Shown here: positions 16,636 to 26,400 of the stretch, piece after piece
How the letters are laid out: every line of letters starts with the position of its first letter
Position numbering within the stretch: position 1 is the stretch's first letter
Virus record (IMG/VR): IMGVR_UViG_3300028844_003474
Coordinates: 10,144 to 74,143 of that record
Source: a virus
Reading direction: 5' to 3' (one strand)
DNA length: 64,000 bases
Program-made: the position numbers and the translations under genes
The notes under the pieces: model-generated
The model's input: only the letters and a program-made list of their open reading frames with translations
Told to the model about the DNA's origin: nothing
Database searches by the model: none

Positions 16636-16677
16636 TGTAATGTTAGAGGAGTCTAAATCGGGCTCCTCTACATTACA
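16636..16677. terminator. Long hairpin (terminator or processing site)
   Basis: TGTAATGTTAGAGGAGTCT...GGGCTCCTCTACATTACA inverted repeat. Confidence 0.55.
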
Positions 16678-16711
16678 TTAATGTTGACTAAAAAATTTGT
16701 CACATTTAGTC

Positions 16712-16798
16712 ATGGAATTTATAAAAGAGAATTGGATTGATTTTACGTGCGCTGTTTACTTTGTAGCAGCCTTTATTTTATTTACACTACTGACATGA
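16712..16798 (+). CDS. Small membrane peptide (28 aa)
   Basis: MEFIKENWIDFTCAVYFVAAFILFTLLT*, with an ATGA overlap into the next gene. Confidence 0.45.
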   Translation: MEFIKENWIDFTCAVYFVAAFILFTLLT

Positions 16799-17082
16799 AT
16801 AAAAGTTTTTACTTCCTCTTGTTGCTTACGCCAACTGCGTGCACTGGTCCTGATATTCAAACAGATGTATACACCTATGGATACTCTAATGGTGTAGAAA
16901 CTTATGAAGGATGGCAGCAATGTGATTTTAAAAGTTGCGAGGAAGTAGAATGTTGTATAACTTCAAACATAGATGGAGCTATTATAACCTATGCTCCGTA
17001 CGGGTACGATAGTTTAGTCATACAAATAGACTGTTGGACTAATGAGTGCCCAGACACAGTTTACACACATCTATACAACTGA
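16795..17082 (+). CDS. Putative lipoprotein
   Basis: Start at 16795 gives MNKSFYFLLLLTPTA|C, a lipobox-like signal; Cys-rich mature part. Confidence 0.5.
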   Translation: MNKSFYFLLLLTPTACTGPDIQTDVYTYGYSNGVETYEGWQQCDFKSCEEVECCITSNIDGAIITYAPYGYDSLVIQIDCWTNECPDTVYTHLYN

Positions 17083-17528
17083 TGAACAAGAGAGATTTAA
17101 GTAGTATTGACACTATTGTCATTCATACTACTGCAACCCAAGAGAATCAAGAGGTTACTATCGAACAAATCGATATGTGGCACAAAAAGAGAGGATGGGA
17201 CATGGTGGGTTACCACTATGTTGTAGATCTGCAAGGTAAAGTTCATAAAGGCAGATGTATTACTCAAGTTGGAGCCCATGTTAAAGGGCACAACAAAACG
17301 AGTATAGGCATTTGCTATGTAGGAGGCCTTGATGAGAATGGAGACGCCAAAGACACTCTTAGGCCTATTCAAAAAAATGCTATTGGCTTTATGCTTTTAG
17401 CTTTAAAAGCGGTCTTGCAGCAACCTATGGTTGTAAAAGGCCATAAAGAATTCACTAATAAAGCATGTCCATGTTTCGAAGTAAAAGACAAATTTGCATG
17501 GGAAATAGAGCAGTTAGCTATGGAGTAA
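17082..17528 (+). CDS. N-acetylmuramoyl-L-alanine amidase (Amidase_2, T7 lysozyme-like)
   Basis: 'IVIHTTAT', 'WHKKRGW..VGYHYVV', 'GAHVKGHN..SIGICYVGG' and 'GHKEF..KACPCF'; TGATG-coupled start at 17082. Confidence 0.92.
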   Translation: MNKRDLSSIDTIVIHTTATQENQEVTIEQIDMWHKKRGWDMVGYHYVVDLQGKVHKGRCITQVGAHVKGHNKTSIGICYVGGLDENGDAKDTLRPIQKNAIGFMLLALKAVLQQPMVVKGHKEFTNKACPCFEVKDKFAWEIEQLAME

Positions 17529-17911
17529 TATCCTTTTGTTTACTGTTTTTCTCTTCCTGTTACATACAACGTGAGCCCTGTCCTGCTTATGTAGATGACG
17601 CTGTGCCTGCGGGTACATATGACTACAATGGACCTTACGAATGTTCTAGATGGTACGAGCATAGATACGGATGGATTTGGAGTTCCGACAGCAAAGACGA
17701 TGCTTTGTATCTCTGGTGGGAAATAACTCAACGTCCTATGTACTTTGAACAAGACGGAGAGTTTCGTTTTACAGTACGTTCTGACGACCAATTCGAATAT
17801 AACTTCTTCGCGTTAGTAGAAAGCGCTAGCTGGCAAGACACTATTGGTCACATGCAGTATTACATTACTACTGATAGGGCTCGTAAATATTGGGACAAAG
17901 TACCACTATGA
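17465..17911 (+). CDS. Putative lipoprotein
   Basis: 'YGVISFCLLFFSS|CYIQREPCPAY' lipobox-like signal; the true start may be the downstream MGNRAV. Confidence 0.5.
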   Translation: MSMFRSKRQICMGNRAVSYGVISFCLLFFSSCYIQREPCPAYVDDAVPAGTYDYNGPYECSRWYEHRYGWIWSSDSKDDALYLWWEITQRPMYFEQDGEFRFTVRSDDQFEYNFFALVESASWQDTIGHMQYYITTDRARKYWDKVPL

Positions 17912-19797
17912 TATACTTAGTGTCACCTCAACAAATTATACTGACAGACGTAGTAAAACAAATTACAGCGTCTGAAGCGCACCGAATACTAAAAGATGCA
18001 ACCTACCTTCAAGTAGATTGTGAGACTACAGGCTTAAATCATATTGAGAATAAGCTGTTATTAATCCAAGTTGGTACAGCTGAACACCAAGTATTATGGG
18101 ATGTTCGAGATGAAATGTATCTAACGTTACGATTAATCTTAGAAGATCGTCGAATCAAAATATTGCACAATGCAAGTTTTGACTACAAATTTCTCAGACA
18201 AGCTGATATTCAGCTTTTTAAAGTCTGGGATACCCTTGTAGTAGAAAAGTTATTACATAACGGAGAAACAACTCCTAGAGGGTTTTTTAGGCTAATTAAC
18301 CTAGTAGATCGTTATGAAAATGTAGAATTAAATAAAGAGCAACAAAAAAGTTTTATAGATCATGGAGGAGAATTTAGTATGGATCAGCTCGTATATGCAG
18401 CTAACGACGTTCGATATCTGGAGTCAATACGAGAACAACAGCTTAAGCACTTAAAACAAAACGCTTTACTACAATGTGCTAAACTTGAGTGTGAAGCTGT
18501 GCTTGCTTTTGCTGACATTGAATACAATGGCATGACTGTTAATAGAGAAGCATGGCTTAATCTAGCTAACAAGGCCAAAGACAATGCTGTTTCTAGCCAA
18601 TCTAAATTGAATCAGATTTTACTAGATGATTCTAAATTTAAAAAGTTTGTTCCCAAAACGTATCAATCGTCATTGTTTGGAGATGAGACAAATGACAAGT
18701 TAAATAGCATTTCTGTCAATTGGTCTAGTCCAACTCAAGTGTTGCCTATACTGCAACAGATAGTACCAGAGCTTGAAAATTGTGACACAAAACAGTTAGC
18801 ATTAGCTTACAATGAAAGACATGAGCTAATTAAGCTTTATATTAAGTTTAGAGAAAACAGCAAACTGTCTACTTCATTTGGTCAAGAGTGGCTTGATAAG
18901 CACGTTAGTAGCGATGGCAAAGTTCATACAAACTTTCAACAAATATTACGTACGGGTCGAGTCTCAAGCTCAAACCCTAACATGCAACAAATACCAGCTA
19001 ATAATGAATATCGCAACTGTTTTATCTGCCCTGAAGGGTGGTCGTACATTTCGTCTGACTTCTCGTCCCAAGAACTTTGCATTATTGCCTATGGTTCAAA
19101 AGATCCTGTTTGGCTCGAGTCCCTCGAAAGAGGAGAAGACCTTCACTCAGTCTGTGCGGATCTCGTCTACGGTGATACCTGGCAACAGGCAGCGGAACCA
19201 GACTGTGATTACTTACAATCCAGACAAAAGTGTTCGTGTCCAAAGCACAAAAAATTACGAACTGCAGTAAAGAGCATTAATTTTGGCCTTGCATATGGTA
19301 TGGGACCAAATAAGCTTGCAAATCAATTACAAATCAGTGTTGATGAAGCATCTGAACTTATTAATAAGTATTTTAAAGTCTTTCCATCCATTAGAAACTT
19401 TCTTGACACCAACGCCAAGTTTGGTAAAGAGAAAGGATTCATTAGAACAATGGAACCTTATCGACGCATACGTTATTTCCCTAGTTGGAAAGGACGAGCT
19501 ACAGACAAGGCTGATATGGGAAAAATTGACCGAATGTCTCGCAACACTCCCATCCAGGGAACAGCGGGAGACATGACTAAAGAAGCTATGATTAGATGTC
19601 GTCGTGAATTTATGAATAAAAGCGACATTAAAATGGTTATGGTGGTACATGACCAAATTGACTTTATAGTCAAAGATCATACAATTGAATATTACACTAA
19701 AAGAATAACCCGCCACATGGAAGCTGCTGGTAAATCTATTATCACTAATGGTTTACTTAAAGCAGACACCACTGTAGCTAAAGCATGGGAAAAATGA
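17908..19797 (+). CDS. polA: DNA polymerase family A with 3'-5' exonuclease
   Basis: ExoI 'VDCETTGL', ExoII 'HNASFD', ExoIII 'YAANDV'; 'TGRVSSSNPNMQQIP', motif A 'DFSSQEL', motif B 'RTAVKSINFGLAYG', motif C 'VHDQI'. Confidence 0.96.
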   Translation: MIYLVSPQQIILTDVVKQITASEAHRILKDATYLQVDCETTGLNHIENKLLLIQVGTAEHQVLWDVRDEMYLTLRLILEDRRIKILHNASFDYKFLRQADIQLFKVWDTLVVEKLLHNGETTPRGFFRLINLVDRYENVELNKEQQKSFIDHGGEFSMDQLVYAANDVRYLESIREQQLKHLKQNALLQCAKLECEAVLAFADIEYNGMTVNREAWLNLANKAKDNAVSSQSKLNQILLDDSKFKKFVPKTYQSSLFGDETNDKLNSISVNWSSPTQVLPILQQIVPELENCDTKQLALAYNERHELIKLYIKFRENSKLSTSFGQEWLDKHVSSDGKVHTNFQQILRTGRVSSSNPNMQQIPANNEYRNCFICPEGWSYISSDFSSQELCIIAYGSKDPVWLESLERGEDLHSVCADLVYGDTWQQAAEPDCDYLQSRQKCSCPKHKKLRTAVKSINFGLAYGMGPNKLANQLQISVDEASELINKYFKVFPSIRNFLDTNAKFGKEKGFIRTMEPYRRIRYFPSWKGRATDKADMGKIDRMSRNTPIQGTAGDMTKEAMIRCRREFMNKSDIKMVMVVHDQIDFIVKDHTIEYYTKRITRHMEAAGKSIITNGLLKADTTVAKAWEK

Positions 19798-20039
19798 CAT
19801 TATCCATTGACAATGACCGGTACCTACAACCGGAAGAACCTGATACTCATACGTTTAAAGTAGATTTAATAGTAACTGTAGTCTACAGTTTTACTACAGA
19901 AATTGAAGCTGTAGGCAGAGAAAGCGTAAAAGGTATAGTTGAAGAGAATCAACGCTCTCTAATAGAAAAAACAGTTGATTTAGGAGAAAAAGATGAAGTT
20001 ATGTTTGATATAGACTATATTTCTGAAGGACCTGACTGA
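19794..20039 (+). CDS. Hypothetical acidic protein
   Basis: ATGA overlap with the polA stop. Confidence 0.6.
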   Translation: MTLSIDNDRYLQPEEPDTHTFKVDLIVTVVYSFTTEIEAVGRESVKGIVEENQRSLIEKTVDLGEKDEVMFDIDYISEGPD

Positions 20040-20117
20040 CATACATACGTTTTATCTATTTGCAATAAGAGTGGTATGCATTACATTGGTGATGCGTACT
20101 ACTCTTATTTACATCTA

Positions 20118-23100
20118 ATGAAAAGTATTTTATCATCAATAGCGTTAGTACTTACAGCGCTTTCAATAACAGCACAACCGCCTACGCCTGATTTTTCTTG
20201 CGGTCCAAGCACTTGGGATGGCCTAGGTAATAACCCTACGCCGGATGCGCAGGCTTTTATCTGCTATACTACCTCAGCTCCAATAGGTAAATATATTTAT
20301 TGGAACCCGTTTGTTCATAATCCTGACATGACTGAACTTGCAATGCCTGCTGAGGACTTTGCAGACTGGAATTGGGATAATATTTACGGCATGAAAGGTC
20401 GTTATGGAATTAATTTTCCTAGCTATTTAGGAGATGGAGATACATTATCTGCTCAAGTTTTTGAAACAAAACTGAATCCAACTAGTGAACCAGATGGAGA
20501 TCTTCAAACTTTTACAGATCACCAATTTGATTTTTATGGAGGAAACTACAAGTTCAATATTTTACACCTTGAGCAAGGTACTATTGTAAAAGTGCATCCG
20601 GGAGCAAGCATTGAGATTCATACTGCGTTAAGCATTGAGTACGGAGCTGTTCTAGAAATTATGCCTGGTGCAACTGTATTGCTTAAAGCTACTAGAGACA
20701 ATATAGCTGTGACTGACGTTCAAGGTGCGATTGAAGGTACTCTACAAAAAGAAGTTTACTTTGATGTAAGTGACACTTGGCAAAGTCTTTCTCAATTTAA
20801 TAAAGAACTTAGGTTTGTATTTAATCCGGGTATGTATAACGTAGACTTACATAAAGTTGCTTTAGACATACAGGCAGCTGCCACAGTACCATTGGCTTTT
20901 GGAAATTCAGAGCCAAGTGTTCAAATTGGTTATTGGGGAAAACGACCCACTTTCATAGAAACTCAATCTATGTATGACTTTGCTGCAATCCACACATATG
21001 AGTCTCCTTCTAGTTCTTTTGAACTTGTTGGAGACTCTAATCTTTTTGTAGGAGAAGCTGTTTTAAACACAGATGGATTTGTAATTAGCGAAAACGTCGG
21101 TCAAGAGTTTGCTTTAAGAACAAACAGCATGGCAGGTCATTTTTATAATTACAACGAGGGAGTTAGTATTCTCCCGATCTATCCTCCTACAGAAGACATT
21201 GGAACATCAGATGAAGCATTGCTAAACCACTGGTTTAACAGCGATGACTTTACAGGATTTGCAGATGAGACTATTAACACAACCTCTGATATATCTAGTT
21301 TTTCAAAGACTCCAATAGAGTTAGATAGAACTTTTGCAGTGTCTTTAATGGGAGTAACTAACAGTTTAGAAGACTTTAAAATTGTAGTTGAAGGTAAGTT
21401 TGACAGCAATAAATTTATTTCTGTCCAAAACTCTACTATAAGCCCGACCTTATTTGGAGTTGAACTCCCTTACCCTGGAGCTACTGCTACTTATATTGGA
21501 TACCCAGATGCATATCCTGAACAAAGTGTTTTCTTTGAGTCTACTGCTATTGCAGACCCTCCAAACAGTCTTTTATTTGGAGTGGATTTGTATTCTAGAA
21601 CAGGAGCTGATGATTACTCTTTGTACAGAGGAGTAGATTTTAGCGGCTTGTCTGTTTTAAATAACAGAACAGGAAATTATTTAGATACATATGAAACCTT
21701 ATTTACACTGCTTGCAACAGCTTTAGACGCTCAGTTAGCTTTGTTTGACATAGCTCCTCTTATAGGAAGACAAGATAGTCGAGACTTTAAGATTGACGCA
21801 GACACAGATAAGATGTATGAGTCTACAAGTGGAGAAGCTTTTCCTATTCCTGTTTCTAATTTACTTATTTGGGACGACACCGCTCCTCAATACCCAGGCG
21901 TAGAAATCACAGACTTTTATAACATAGAAGACATGAAAATCTTCTATGCAATCGGAGATACGATTAGACCTGACGAAATGTTAGCCTATAATTACAATAA
22001 TCCTTGTGATCCACAAACTATTGAAGGTGTAGGATATGACAATTATTCTACGTTTAAAGAAATAGGACTTAACTGGCTTAATAAAGGAGGCGTTTCAACT
22101 AGTGGAGCTCCTGTAGGCTCTCCTCCTGGAAGTGACACTGTTTATGCAACACGTACTAATGCTCCTGTATACAGAAAGACAGAGCAAGCTTATGTAAATA
22201 ACAAACCTGTTTTAGGTTCTATGAAAGAAGCTAGAGTTCCTGTAGGACCTGGTAATGTTGGAAGTACCGAGATTTACGATTGGACTATTGAAGAATTAAA
22301 CGACATGAACGAGTTTACTCTTTTGCGATTAGCAGGAGTAACTTTGTTAGGCGATACGCTTACCATTGCAATTGTTCCTTTAGCTACAGATGAAGACTAC
22401 AGTGCTACAGACATTGATTTGTTTGAGTCATCGGTTGCTGTAAATCCAATCATGTATTTGTTACCTCCAACAGATGTGCATGTAATGAGTCGAAAGTGGG
22501 GGTCTTACGGAAGAGGAATTAATGATTTCAATGACTCTCTTCAACTTGTCATAGACTTTGAGGCTTTAGACTTTGTAACAAATGGAGCTAACAGTTTTTC
22601 AAAGCTATTTATTGATGCTCCTGTCAAACAAGTTGGAGCTTGTGGTCTTTCCGGAGACAATCTTGTAGTAGCTACATCTACTGGTAATTTATATACCTGG
22701 GCTCCAGATTTTGAGTATGAAATTGATATGAATAGCACGTACAATATGCCAAATGAAAGTGGCAGTAGTGGAGACTACGGTAGCGGAGCTGTAGTTGACT
22801 TGTATTTTACTACTACTCAAGCAGACTTTAACGGAGACGGCTGCGTCACAACTGCTGATCTTCTTATATTACTTGGTCATTTTGGTACCAATGTTACTCC
22901 TGGTAATTTTCAAAGTGTTGCAGCTGATTTAAACTGTGATGGTGTTATTAGTACATCTGACCTTCTTATCTACTTAGGCTTTTTTGGACAATGCGCTTCT
23001 GATAGTGAAATTCCTTCTGAAGAAGCTGGAACTGTCTTACAAAAAAGAGCAGCGTGGTATTTTGGAAATAACTTTAATAATGATCATGTCAGCTATGATA

Positions 23101-23486
23101 TTATTGACGATTATCCTTCGTTTTCTCAAAGTCAAAGGGATTTTCTAAATCTGTGGCCTTATCCTGGTAAAATAACAGTTGTAGATGATTTAAATATGGT
23201 CATAGCTGACAAATGGCTAAACGGTCCTACGACCAATAATGGCGTTACTGGGTATTCAATAGAATTACCTGCTAATATGCCTACTTCAGCGCAATTAGAC
23301 ACAACCTCTGCTAAATATAGTGTTGATCTCCCTCAAACAGATCCTTCATATCGCATTTACATCGAATGGCGTGATGCTGTAAGAACTTTCCCAGGTATAC
23401 CTGGCTCAATAAACCATATATGTTTAGGGTGTAAAGAAGATCCTAATGCAATTTTCCCCCTGACTCCAACTTTTGTTGCCAATTAA
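20118..23486 (+). CDS. Large secreted protein with a dockerin-like Ca-binding repeat pair
   Basis: Sec signal MKSILSSIALVLTALSITA|Q from the ATG at 20118; repeats 'ADFNGDGCVTTADLLILLGHFG' and 'ADLNCDGVISTSDLLIYLGFFG' at about 22820-22995. Confidence 0.8.
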   Translation: MKSILSSIALVLTALSITAQPPTPDFSCGPSTWDGLGNNPTPDAQAFICYTTSAPIGKYIYWNPFVHNPDMTELAMPAEDFADWNWDNIYGMKGRYGINFPSYLGDGDTLSAQVFETKLNPTSEPDGDLQTFTDHQFDFYGGNYKFNILHLEQGTIVKVHPGASIEIHTALSIEYGAVLEIMPGATVLLKATRDNIAVTDVQGAIEGTLQKEVYFDVSDTWQSLSQFNKELRFVFNPGMYNVDLHKVALDIQAAATVPLAFGNSEPSVQIGYWGKRPTFIETQSMYDFAAIHTYESPSSSFELVGDSNLFVGEAVLNTDGFVISENVGQEFALRTNSMAGHFYNYNEGVSILPIYPPTEDIGTSDEALLNHWFNSDDFTGFADETINTTSDISSFSKTPIELDRTFAVSLMGVTNSLEDFKIVVEGKFDSNKFISVQNSTISPTLFGVELPYPGATATYIGYPDAYPEQSVFFESTAIADPPNSLLFGVDLYSRTGADDYSLYRGVDFSGLSVLNNRTGNYLDTYETLFTLLATALDAQLALFDIAPLIGRQDSRDFKIDADTDKMYESTSGEAFPIPVSNLLIWDDTAPQYPGVEITDFYNIEDMKIFYAIGDTIRPDEMLAYNYNNPCDPQTIEGVGYDNYSTFKEIGLNWLNKGGVSTSGAPVGSPPGSDTVYATRTNAPVYRKTEQAYVNNKPVLGSMKEARVPVGPGNVGSTEIYDWTIEELNDMNEFTLLRLAGVTLLGDTLTIAIVPLATDEDYSATDIDLFESSVAVNPIMYLLPPTDVHVMSRKWGSYGRGINDFNDSLQLVIDFEALDFVTNGANSFSKLFIDAPVKQVGACGLSGDNLVVATSTGNLYTWAPDFEYEIDMNSTYNMPNESGSSGDYGSGAVVDLYFTTTQADFNGDGCVTTADLLILLGHFGTNVTPGNFQSVAADLNCDGVISTSDLLIYLGFFGQCASDSEIPSEEAGTVLQKRAAWYFGNNFNNDHVSYDIIDDYPSFSQSQRDFLNLWPYPGKITVVDDLNMVIADKWLNGPTTNNGVTGYSIELPANMPTSAQLDTTSAKYSVDLPQTDPSYRIYIEWRDAVRTFPGIPGSINHICLGCKEDPNAIFPLTPTFVAN

Positions 23487-23487
23487 A

Positions 23488-26400
23488 ATGAAATACATTA
23501 AAAATACATTAATTAGCATCTTCTTAATAGGTGCATCTTTTGGAAGTCATGCGCAATATGCAGGCCAGTTCTCTGGAGTTCCTATAAATCTAGAAAGTGT
23601 TCCTCACCTTGAATATCTAATAGAGCTTGGTAGTATAGCGTGTACTACTGCTCCTTCGTGTGTAGTAAACGCTATGTCTTTTGATAATCCAGGAGCTGTA
23701 GAAGCTCTTCAAGGATATTCTTATGTAGGCACATCCGATCTTATTATTCAAAATTCTCAACATTTATCGTTGTGCCAAGGTTCAGCTCCTAATGATCCAA
23801 ATGGAGTTACTAAAATTATACCTCTCAATACAATGTTTGAGAAAGGTATTAACATTGATAGACTTTGGGTAGGTAGGCAAGTTACTCCAGTTTCAATCCC
23901 TCAAAGTCATTTAATTATAGACACTCAATATGATAGTCTTATTGTTGATGAAGTATGGGTTCCTTATGGTGCTACTCTTGAAATTATAGGACCCAATCCT
24001 TTAATCGTTAGAAAAGAGCTTCACAACAGAGGCACTATTATATGTGATGAAAACTTGTTAATTCCTGTAACCACGGATGATCCAGACGCTATAAAAGGTT
24101 TTCATGCTTTGTTTGAACAGAAAGGAGAAGTTATAGGAAGATACAGTGCTGAAGTTATGCGAAACGAACGTCCTGAGTTTCTTAACTGGGATTGGGTTAT
24201 AGAGAACTTTGGAGTTCAAGCTACTTTTATAGACTCGCTTCAAATGCTAGGACTAGATCCATATGCTATAGGATTGTATGAAGAGATCTATGAGTCACAT
24301 TTACTAGAAGGAGACCCCTGGTATATGTACAAATTAGAGCTAGATGGTGTAGAAGAAGTTTATAATCAGTTTTCAATGTCAGGAGTCCCTGTAAAAGGGG
24401 TTCGGTTTGGAGGTCAATATAAAGATTTTGCTCGAGTTGCACTGTACAAAGATGCAAGTCCTAGATTCCCATATAAATGGCAATTTCCTGAAGAAACTAC
24501 ATTACCTACTAGTTACAGTTTTTTGAGTGAACTAGGTGACGAAATTGCAGCTATTTATATGAAACAGGAAGATTTAAATTATTATCATAATGTAGTATTG
24601 AACAATGCGCCTGAATTTTTTTCTAGCGGAAGTCTAAACGATTATGAAAATTACAGTGATTCATACACTACTGGAGAGTGGGAGCGAGTTTCGTTTATGA
24701 GACCAGAGCTAACGAATGAAATTGGTTTTAGCACTGGAATCCGCACTAGATATCAATATGGCTACGATGCTGAAACTGATACTTATATAGGAGAAGGCAA
24801 CTGGTGGCCTTGGCAGTATGCAGACGGGGACCCTGGTTACCCTGATAATGTTCCTCTTCCTTGGGTAGATCCTGAAACAGGAGCGCTTGATTATAGTATT
24901 GAACAGATTGCACCAGAATATCTTGATAAAATATCTTATCAAGATTATAGAAACTTAGGTACTTATGTCAACGGTTCTGCATTTACTACTATAGATACAG
25001 ACTTAGAAGAAATTTTTGTAAGCTTTGAGTACTGTTTGTCAGAAAATATAATTCATACTTTAGAAGGACCAGAAATTTTACCAAATACAAGATTAGTTAA
25101 TAACCCTATTGCTCAAGGACTTGACACTGTTTGGACTTGGAGACCTGGAGGGTGTACAGATACTATTGTATCTACATATGGATTGTTTGACGCTGCACAA
25201 TCAACAAACTCAGGAATTCTTTGGAATTTTTATTTAATGAATGATCCAACTCAAGACAACATTTGGAATTTAACTGAAATGATGGAAAGAGATACTACAG
25301 TAGCGGGCTACGATAGTATTTATGATTACAATTGGTATTACAGAAATGAGTTAGAAGCAAGTCAAAGTATTTTTAATGGATGGGATATATGGTTTTCAAA
25401 AAGTCCAGATGTTGGGCCTAATTCTTACAGAGAAGGAAGTTTTTTTGGAGATGTAGAAACCATGGGTAGCAACGGTAACCAAATATGGGAAAACCCTATT
25501 AAATCATTCATAGCAGATACTGCAGGTCGTTTTATGCCTCAGTTATATGGAGATGCGATAAATTGGGATTCAATTCTTGCACAGAATAGTTATTATGGTA
25601 ACATAAATCTAGCTCCAAAGTTAGATAGCTGGCTTCCAGATATTCCAGAGCTTGGTTACATGATGGATTTTTATCCAGATAGTATGAGAATGGATCCAGT
25701 AGAAACAAATCCTGCTTATGCTTGGTGGGGTGCTGATTGGGTTGCTCCTGATCATTCAACGCCTCAGCCGTTTCCTACCATGTCATTTCAATATGTTGGA
25801 GGTGTTCAAAATACCGAGTGGATTGATAGGTATACTGGATATTCTTGGATGAATACTTTAGATGCATACAACGATTCTAGGATGACTTATCATCCACAAA
25901 CGTTTGAATCAGATCCAATAATACCTAATCTTCCGCCAAATAATAGTGAAGACCATCTTATATCATATAAGTTACCTACTGCTACCGATTGGGTTTATAC
26001 ATACGCGCCTAACGGCTTATTGTATGAAGCTCAAACATGGAGTGAATGTCTTGAAGTAAATGATACAACCTTTTGTATTAATTATTTTAACGGAGTTAAC
26101 CAAGCTTATGATGAGTGGGGTATTTCGATAGAAAATGATTTAACTAGTATTTCTAATAGCGCATACGATGACGCTGATCTAGAAATAGCTTTTAATAACT
26201 ATTATACTCGACGTAACAGATGGGGTTCTCTAGCAAATCCTTTACATGGTTATTTAGACTTGGATTTAGTTGCTGACCGCTATTTTGAAGATTATCCTGA
26301 ATCTAATCACTTAGAATTTGCTTGGTGGAATCCTCAAAACACTACTGGCACTTCTAATACAAATCCTGGAAATGTTCTTAATGGTACACGAAAATACTGG

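Noticed and set aside
3795-19797. Introns or inteins in terL and polA
   Set aside because: Both ORFs are continuous, of normal length, and show no intein or homing endonuclease motifs.
20041-20075. Host sigma-70 promoter upstream of the dockerin-like genes
   Set aside because: TCTATTTG does not match the TAnnTTTG consensus.
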